In this document: in pieces, positions 55,855 to 64,000 of the stretch
Layout of the letters: each line of letters starts with the position of its first letter
Position numbering within the stretch: the first letter of the stretch is position 1
Assembly: GCF_006345805.1 (NCBI RefSeq)
Contig: NC_042997.1
Location: 86,304,001 to 86,368,000 of the forward strand
Length of the DNA: 64,000 nucleotides
From: Octopus sinensis
Taxonomy: Eukaryota
Direction of reading: 5' to 3'
The notes under the pieces: model-generated
What the model was told of the DNA's origin: nothing
Database searches by the model: none
The model's input: only the letters and a program-made list of their open reading frames with translations
Translations under genes and position numbers: made by a program

Positions 55855-58080
55855 ACTAAAATATAATTAATCCGTTTCAGCCCCACAAAACCACCCAAAA
55901 TTAATTTTTTATGGGTTTTAAAACAGAAAGGTGTAGTTACAAGTAAAATAACAATTATAAAAAAGAGAGTGCAAAAGAAATTTATAAAATGGTTTTTTAA
56001 CTGAATTACCTTAAAGATTTGTGTGCGAGGAAGGCGATAGAGAGGAGAGAAGGAGGATTACTGTTTGGAAGGAGAATCTCCTTCCATTAAGACTTCATGA
56101 GAAACAATTTCTGGGGTCTTCTCTCTCACTCCGCTTGATTTAAGCTTTTTGGACACACTTTCTTTTTATACTTGCAGGTCGTTTCATTAGAAACCTATCA
56201 AGAGAAGTCTGCTTTTTCCTGCCTTTCAAAATGGTACGAAAATGTGCCAGAAGCAGTGTCAGTAAATAAAGCAGCTGCACTACCTGTAGCTACTTTTTCA
56301 GGATGATATTTTTCTACACATTCAGAAACATACTACCACTTTGCCAACACTGCCTTTATGTTACTCATAGTGATAGCATTCTCCGCTACACTATCAGGCT
56401 ATATCGATGATTTTCAGGCAGTTTACAGTGTTGTAGTACTCCTTTCAAAACTCACGAAGGGTTAGATTTGTATTTTCGGTGACTTCAAAGCACCGACGAA
56501 ACAGTTGTTTGGTGTACAATTTCTTAAAATTAGAAGTCATTTGCTGTAAGATAGTGGTGGTGTTGCATGAAAGGTACGTAACTTTTATAAATTTTAATTC
56601 GTCCAGGATATCATCTCCGAGGTTAGGAGGGTGAGTAGGAGCATTGTCGAAGATGAGGAGGGCCTTGAGAGGAAGATTGTTCTCCAGGAGATATTTTTTC
56701 ACTGCTAGTCCGAAGACAAGGTTGACCCAATCGGAGAAAAATTGCCTGTAACCTAGGCTTTAAAGTTTGCCTTCCACATAACCTACAGCTTCTTCTTCAG
56801 GATTTTGTACGACCTGATCGCTCGTGCATTTTTTGGAATGGTAGACAACGTACAGCTTAATCTTCAAGTTTCCACTCGCATTGGCACAAAGGGCGAGAGT
56901 TAGCATAGGCTTAGGCTTGTGGTCTGGCATTTTCTTTTTCTCTGTAGTTATGTAGATTCTACAAAATATTTTTTTTAAAAAGGCCAGTTTCATCACAGTT
57001 GAATACCTTAAGTACCCCTCAACTACGATGAGCTGACGGAATCCGCAGCTGCTTTCATGTCAGAACTCGCTGCTTCTTCAAGCCTGACAACACTATGAAT
57101 ACCTATTTCTTTATTACCCACAAGGGGCTAAACACAGAGGGGACAAACATGGACAGACATGGGTATTAAGTCGATTACATCGACCCCAGAGCGTAACGGG
57201 TACTTAATTTATCGACCTCGAAAGGATGAAAGGCAAAGTCGACCTCGGCGGAATTTGAACTTAGAACGCAGCGGCGGACGAAATACCGCAAAGTATTTCG
57301 CCCAGCGTGCTAACGATTCTGCCAGCTCGCCGCCTTAAACACTATGAACACCAGTTCTCTTCTTGAAATTATCTAACCAGCTGCGAGTGGCCTTATATAT
57401 GTTTGCTGATGTCTCCTCCATTGATGTTCAAGGGTTCTGCTTCAGAAGATCACCATACAGTGCTCATGCTTTCTTGAAAATGATGATCTCAGTAATCATA
57501 TCATCTGCAAGTTGCTTCTCGCTGATCCATAGGAGAAGCAATTTTTCCATCCTTTAGGGGACAGATGTGCGTTGCTTAGAGAGCCTGAAGACACCCTTTG
57601 ATCTCGTCCTTTTTCTTCGGGATGATGCAGATTGTCGACGTGCTTCGGTCGTATTGACGTGTTATGTCCACTACACGTACTCCTCTTTCATGTTTATCAA
57701 TGATTTCCTTCTTCAGTTCTATCGTAATCAGCTTTTTATTCTTCTCAGCACTGTCCTTTGCACTAACATTCTTAGGACCCATGGCTAACACAACTAATTA
57801 TTATAGAATAATAGCGAAAAATTCACAAAACTAAACAAAAACACTGGAAAAAACACAACAGGGATGCTGCCACAACGAGGTAAGCACGTGAACTGAGCGA
57901 ACGGAGACTGCGCTTGTTGGGAGAGCATGTGCGAGCTCAGCGCCGACTAGAGGTCGCTTGTATAAAAACTCACTCGAATTTCGGATTTCTACTTGCACTT
58001 CAAATCAAAAATTCGCACGAGCCTTGCTCGTACAGCAAATTACTCGTACAATAGTGCACTAGTACTGCGAGGTTCTACTG
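55855..58080 (-). mobile_element. Decayed Tigger/pogo transposon (Tigger1-like), SINE inserted at 57104-57337
   Basis: The TIR reads TA|CAGTAGAACCTCG at 58080. Translated remnants are CENP-B-type HTH MGPKNVSAK...ITIELKKEIIDKHERGVRVVD, then LTLALCANASG and the DDE_1 segment LPLKALLIFDNAPTHP. The left TIR was not found. Confidence 0.9.
57104..57337 (-). mobile_element. SINE S1b inside the Tigger element
   Basis: 15 bp TSD aacactatgaatacc/aacactatgaacacc. Confidence 0.9.
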
Positions 58081-58312
58081 TACTTGTGGGCACACTGTAT
58101 TTCGTTATGCAATCATAATATACTACAAATTATATTAAACGCTTTATAGGTCATTACTGTGTTCTGTCGTGTAAGCAATGCTATTAAATCCCTTTTTAAG
58201 GTTATCTCTTCAGATTTTTATAGAAGTAATTAATATGCACGTTCCAGCTGCCAGGAATGTGTTTAATATGTAAAATTAGTATATCCAATAATGTTACACT
58301 ACTACAAAGGAT

Positions 58313-58630
58313 AAAGATCCCCTTCGTTCATGAATGACCATGATACTGCACCTATAAAGTTACCCTCCGAGGCACAAGTCCAGACAAGGTTGTTTATGGA
58401 ATATCAGCAGTCGCCCATGCATACCATGCCAGCGATGTTAACCAAGGGAAAGGCAAAACTCGATACAGCTTGGCATCAGTGACGTCACAGCTCCTCTCTA
58501 CAGCTGAGTGAACTGGAGCAATGTGTAATTAAGTGTCTTACTCAAGAACACCACACACAGCCCGGTCCTGGAATCGAACTCACTACCTCATGATTGTGAG
58601 CCCGGCGTTCTAACCACTGAGCCATGTACC
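58313..58630 (-). mobile_element. tRNA-derived SINE, family S4
   Basis: Minus-strand head tggctcagtggttagaacg...gtgagttcgattcc is followed by ttcttgagtaagacactta and a non-tRNA body. Confidence 0.75.
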
Positions 58631-59808
58631 CGCTATATTCAGTAGCTGTTTGAGCCATGAGTTCGTGGATGGTTAATGGGTTGGATGTGCTGCTGAAGAA
58701 AGGCCAGGAACTCCTAAAATATGTATATACACCCATTACCTATTTTCCCATCTTCGGCTGCATTGGTGTTTACATTAGATGTAATTGAATACGAAACGTC
58801 GTAACAAAATCGGTGTTGGCTATAACTTCCATATAAAATCTGTAGTGATAGCCTTAAAAACTTGTTTATATATCACTGTTACTAAGCATTGGAAAATAAT
58901 TTAAAGTATGTGTGTATATGTACATCGGTATGACTGTGTTTGCTATGGTGCGTATACACAAGTGAGTATGTTTGTGGACATGCGTTTAAATACGTTCCTA
59001 TACACATGTATGTATACGTTGGCGTATACTTGGTTTCGAGATGTTTCGGGATTATAGAATTTGGTGATTGTAGATTCACTTCCAGCTTTTCAAGATATAG
59101 AAATGAACGAATATTTTTAGATTACGAAAATCTAACCAGTTATTACGTCATAATAGAAACATTTCAAAAGCGAGAAGCTTCAACATCTTTAAGGAAAATA
59201 CCTTTGCTTATTCACATAATGTCCATTTCAGTATTCAAATAAATATCTAGCGGTTCTCGTAGAAATTTCATGGCTGCTTTACGTAGTGAAATATCAGCCA
59301 TAAAAATTTCACCAGTCGATAATAATACCCTGCCATTCCATTCATGAGGCTTTCATTCATTTCTTACTACTTAGAAAAAAGTATTGCTCTGAAGAAAAAA
59401 AACGTATTGCAGACCAGGTTACAAAATCTGGTAACTTACCATTCCCGTTTCAGCAGCAGTTCAAGGTTTCACCTTGATACTGTAAACCACATTACTATAA
59501 GGACATTTTAAATTCATTACTCCAATACCACACCCATGTCTCATATCTCATCGTCATCGCCACACCAAGGTCTCACATAAGAATCTCTCTGGCATTGTTA
59601 TCTAAACAAGAGAGCTTTTCAAACTAATTAGCTGATCGAGTTTTTCAAAGAACAAACGCTGCTGCTAGATCATCTTTCACTTAAAAGCACTGACAAGAAA
59701 ATTTTATTCTACGTTGCCTCATGAAAATACACAAAATATAGGAAAATTCTTATCTACACAACGCCTGAAATATATACATAAGAGATGAGAAAAACAAGAA
59801 AAGATGAG

Positions 59809-60635
59809 AAGTCGGTGAGCTGGCAGAACCGTTAGAACAACGGACTAAATGCTTAGTGGTATTTCGTCCATCTTTATGACCTAAGTTCAAATTCCTCCAA
59901 GGTCGACTTTGCCTTTAACCTTTCAGGATCGATAAAATAAGTACCAGTTGAACACTGGAGTCGATTTAATCGACTTACCCCTCCCCTAAAATTGCTGGCC
60001 TTGTGATAAAAATTTGAAACCAATATTCACATAGAGTAAACCAGTGGCTCCCAGTAAAGGGCCAAGGCACATTTTTTATGAACCGTGTGAAAAATAGGTC
60101 ATTTGAGATCCGCAGAAGTCCTAGGGAAATGTAACAGTCCGTGTAATTCCGCTTGCCTGAATACTCTCTTCTTTTTGCTTTTATTTGCTGACTGCATTAT
60201 CCATCTGCCATATTCTTCAGTGAAAATCTGTGTTGTCTTAGTTTTAATTCACAAAATATAGTTCATGTAATTCTGATGTTGATATCCGCTCAAATATTAA
60301 AGATATGATAATTGAATAAGATTAAATTGGGAAAATGCGACCATTACTATGTCATAATAGAAATATTGAAACAACGAAAGGCTTCATCGTCTTTCTCTGT
60401 AAGTAAACCGTATTCGCCTACTTATAATATATTGCGAGCTAGCAGAATCGTTACCGCGCCGGGCAAATTGCTTAGCGGCATTTTGTCCGTCTTTACGTTC
60501 TGAGTTCAAATTCTACTGAGATCGACTTCGCCTTTCATCTTTTTGGGGTCGATAAAATATACCACTTGACCACTGGAGTCAATGCTATCGACTACCCATT
60601 CCCCCGAAATTGCTGACTTTGAGCCAAAATTTGAA
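59809..60635 (+). mobile_element. Two diverged SINE S1 copies (59809-60025 and ~60430-60635)
   Basis: Both carry gagctggcagaa.cgtt...aaattc...gtcgactt.gcctt...gtcgataaaata. Confidence 0.8.
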
Positions 60636-60829
60636 GCTATATTTTTTAAAAAACTATCAGTACTGCGCGAAAATCCTACGACCCATATTTCTGCTACAGT
60701 ATCAGCTATAAATGTTTTCCTGTCAGTAGTAATATTCTGTCATCCATTCATAATGATGAATTTCTTGCTGCTTTTTTTTTTTTTAAGTATTGCATTGATT
60801 TAGTAAATAGGTACACTATAGTTTGACTT

Positions 60830-61480
60830 CACAGATTAGTCTGCCAAATCTGATAGCTTAAGTTTGCCGTTTTGGCAGCATCTAAGGCTTCACATCTCAG
60901 AACTACATTACTCCACAATAAGGACATGTCATACTCATTACTCCGATGCTAAATGGCTCCTCGTGATTATTTACTGCTATCCTTCCAACACATGCACAGT
61001 TTTCTCCTGCTTGAATATTCTTGTTCATTGTATCCTCTTCGTTCATGTTTCCTTTCCAAGCCTAAAACCTGTTCCACATCTGTTCTGGATATCCTTCTCC
61101 ATTCTCTTCGGTAATATTTTCTCTTCTATCCGGAATTTTCTTTCTGTCATGTACTAAATATTCTTTCCTATCAGCGTCGTTCATATTTTGTCTTCGTTCT
61201 TGATTAGCAATCCTCATTCTTTTTCAGTTAGCTTCATCTTCCTTCTTCATTCATTATACGACACATTTTAGCCGCATTTCTTGCATTAATTTCATACTTT
61301 TCCTTCTGTGTTAACATTTCTCATTGTTCCCGATTCCTCTCGCTATTACTAATTCTTATTTCTTTCCTTTGTCTTTTCAGCAAACATTCCTTGTATGTTT
61401 ATTCTCTCTCTCTCTCTCTCTCTCCTTCTATAGTCCCCTACGAACATGGACTGTTACGACGCGCCAAACTCCGTTTCAAT
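60830..61480 (-). pseudogene. Helitron RepHel N-terminal remnant (23-aa STPR-like repeats + Zn motif), clearest copy
   Basis: Minus-strand translation with stops and frameshifts: ERRQNMNDADRKEYLVHDRKKIPD-RRENITEENGEGYPEQMWNRF*A-WKGNMNEED...RIAVNNHEEPFSIGVMSMTCPYCGVM*F...CCQNGKLKLSDL. The 23-residue periodicity and the IGxMxxxCxxCG...CCxxGKVxL motif are typical of Helitron RepHel N-termini. Confidence 0.75.
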
Positions 61481-62199
61481 GATTTAATAATTTAAGAATC
61501 ACTGTTACATATTTGGTAAAATTGTTCTTTTGTTGTGTCTGGGAAGAGTCATTTTCTTTTTGTGCCTTATAATTTAACACACTCACTGGTAAAATTTCCA
61601 CTTATTCCTTATTTTCCCAAAATTTTCGTTGCGTCTTGCAACCTTTTCAATAGTCTTGACTCTTGTATTTTTGAGATAGCTTTAGACATATTTTAAATAC
61701 GAAGTTAGAAATATGGATAATGATACATATCGTACGGGTTTGTTTCGTTTTTTTTATATTCAACTGTCTTTTGCAAAGATAATTCTTGTTTATATGTTCC
61801 TAAGAATTGCGAAACGTATATGTATGCATGTAAATGTGTGTTGTCAAACTTTTTTAATGCGTGTGTACGTATTCATTGTGTTTGCTGTGGTTAATTGTAT
61901 ACTCTAACAGTAAATCTATGTCAGTTCTGTGCGCGCGCACATGCACAGGCGCGCTAGAGAGGGTTTGTGTGTCCTACCATTACAATCAACAGTTACATCC
62001 CTTAGCGTTCCACATCTCATCTGAGCGAGGAAAATGAATGTTAATATCGAGATACTCATTGCATGAAGTCCTAACGTAATATTTCTCTACTTAAAAAAGT
62101 TTAGATTCTAGTTATCACAAATATAAAAATATACTAATAGCAAGAACTAAATCATCAGACAAAATGTTCACCCATCTTCTTCACCCGTTATTCCTGACA

Positions 62200-62445
62200 G
62201 TCTCATATAGCAACAGAGTCCTCGGGCACTTCTTCCATGCAGTCCTATCAGAAGCACACGTCATTAGATTTTCCAAGTAGATTCCCAAGCATGACCAACT
62301 AAGACTACGGATATTTCCCAACGGTTTCGTTCTTGTTCTACCCCGTGTTCCTGTAGGTTGGCTCAGTTTAAAGAATCCAGGGCCATTCGAATCACTTGTC
62401 CATAATACCGGAGTTGTGACCTCTCAATGCAGAAAGGAACCTACC
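62200..62445 (-). mobile_element. RTE LINE 3' end fragment
   Basis: Minus strand reads IERSQLRYYGQVIRM.../PTGTRGRTRTKPLGNIRSLSWSCLGI...ASDRTAW. Confidence 0.7.
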
Positions 62446-62739
62446 TTCAATTACACACGAACCTCCTGTTGAACTTGCAGCGTATATATTTATGTAAAGA
62501 TAGATATTGTTGGGGTTTTTTATGCATTGTCGAGTTTCTGTCAATCCTTTCCACCAGTTTGACCTGATGTCGACAGTTCAGTTGCTGATCGTATAATCGC
62601 TTGCATGTTATAGAATTGCAACCCATGAGGAGGATGTCATCGAACTCTTCAGTCTTCCATATCGCGGTGGTGGGTGGGGCGGGGTTCAAGGCCAATAGAT
62701 TGTTCTGTAACTTCTTTCTTGACAGCAACACCCTAAAAA

Positions 62740-63025
62740 GCAACGATTGTATAGAAGTCTTCCTACCATCACCTCGGTAGTCAAAGAAAAAAGAACAGGT
62801 TATGTAGGAGACTGCTGGAGAGGCAAGGATGAAATATCCAACGATCTCTTTCACTGGAAACCTACACATAAACATACAGATATCAGCAGACCAAGAAGGA
62901 TATATATTGACCAACTCGTGGACGACATTGGACATCAATCTGAGGATATGAAAATCGCTATGGAAGATCGGGACATTTGGCATGGAAGAGTTGCAGTGGT
63001 TCAGGTAAGTCGCCCCACTGGATAG
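62740..63025 (+). mobile_element. RTE/RTE-X LINE 3' end fragment
   Basis: ORF 62747-63025 reads YRSLPTITSVVKEKRTGYVGDCWRGKDEISNDLFHWKP...RPRRIYIDQLVDDIG...AMEDRDIW. Confidence 0.8.
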
Positions 63026-64000
63026 ATACAAAAACACTTTAACCAATTTCAAAATTTAGAATTTTATTAGGAGTTTTTCTCCGATATCAAATAATAATTT
63101 AACATTTTTACAACCACCACCACCACTTTAACTTAACCCTAACGCAATTCTTAAATTTTTATCAAAGCCTACGTTCTAAGTCTTCACATAAATCATAAAT
63201 CCTAACACAAATACTACACATTCACCCACATCCTGACGTACACCCTACACATTCACCTAAATTCAAAAATCAAATTATTTCCTTTTAAACTTAATTTGTT
63301 TCTTTACTTAATAATATTGCCTTAGCTTAATCAATTATGCACTCGTGTCAGTGATTTAGACCTTCCTTTTCACCAAATTCTATGCATTTCTGAGCATCAT
63401 TTTGGGTTAGTTATTAATTCAATTGTTAAGAACACCAAAGCCCCACTTTTTTTTAATGTGTAGAATAATTAATAGCACGTTCAATGATTTTCACTGACTT
63501 CATGAAACTCAATTGTCTTTCTTGATAATGATGTAAATTCATCTAGAATGTCGATCAATAATGCCAAAACACTATAAATACTTTGTTGCTCAACTTTCTC
63601 CTTATCAGAAAACTTAACTTTGGAGAAAATCATATAAATAGCTGTATAAATCCTCTGTAATGCACTAGCAGATTTACAATTACAGGATTTGAAACACGGA
63701 TTATTTTGGATGTTTTATGCTGTTGGTTAAAAGTGATGAAAAACAGCAAAAATTTTGCCCACCCCACCAAATCATGAAATAGTCTATTTAATTGATGTCA
63801 TTTGTAACATCACATCATCTAAACCACTGGAGTGTTCAGATAACGTAACAGTATATAAAGATAATTGCAGAATTGCTGTGTTGCATACCAACACGAAACT
63901 CTGCATGTACCTCGATTAATTCAAGAATTTTCTAACGTTATGATTTGGCAATGTTCAAGTCATCAATTACTATTTATTTTAGATTTTATAAATGAAATCA

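Noticed and set aside
62447-63052. 201 aa minus-strand ORF
   Set aside because: It is largely the antisense frame of the RTE fragment at 62740-63025.

Overview
This is AT-rich, microsatellite-dense eukaryotic DNA with no intact protein-coding gene that I can support. The tRNA-derived SINE families and simple-repeat density look like an octopus (coleoid cephalopod) genome; that assignment is inferred and not database-checked. Almost the whole window (~1.9-62.2 kb) is built from a small set of 0.1-0.7 kb sequence modules that recur as heavily diverged, shuffled copies. Conceptual translation suggests these modules are pieces of a Helitron RepHel gene. One module has a 23-residue (STPR-like) repeat followed by a CxxC...CCxxGKV Zn motif (~18 copies). 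One has helicase motif VI (HGQLYVxLSRVG) followed by a CTAG-type 3' end (6 copies). Weaker Rep and helicase-Ia remnants are also present. The N-terminal module lies antisense to the helicase module, and two ~1.6-2 kb blocks of the array are inverted. Younger elements are inserted into this array: a full-length dead mariner, a Tigger/pogo, a maT-like Tc1 fragment, a 2.6 kb two-LTR Gypsy deletion derivative with TSD, other Gypsy fragments and solo LTRs, RTE LINE ends, two non-autonomous Helitrons, five GG-terminal MITEs with 8-9 bp TSDs (one a 633 bp foldback) and about 20 SINEs. All translations, alignments and counts were done by eye, and module boundaries are approximate.
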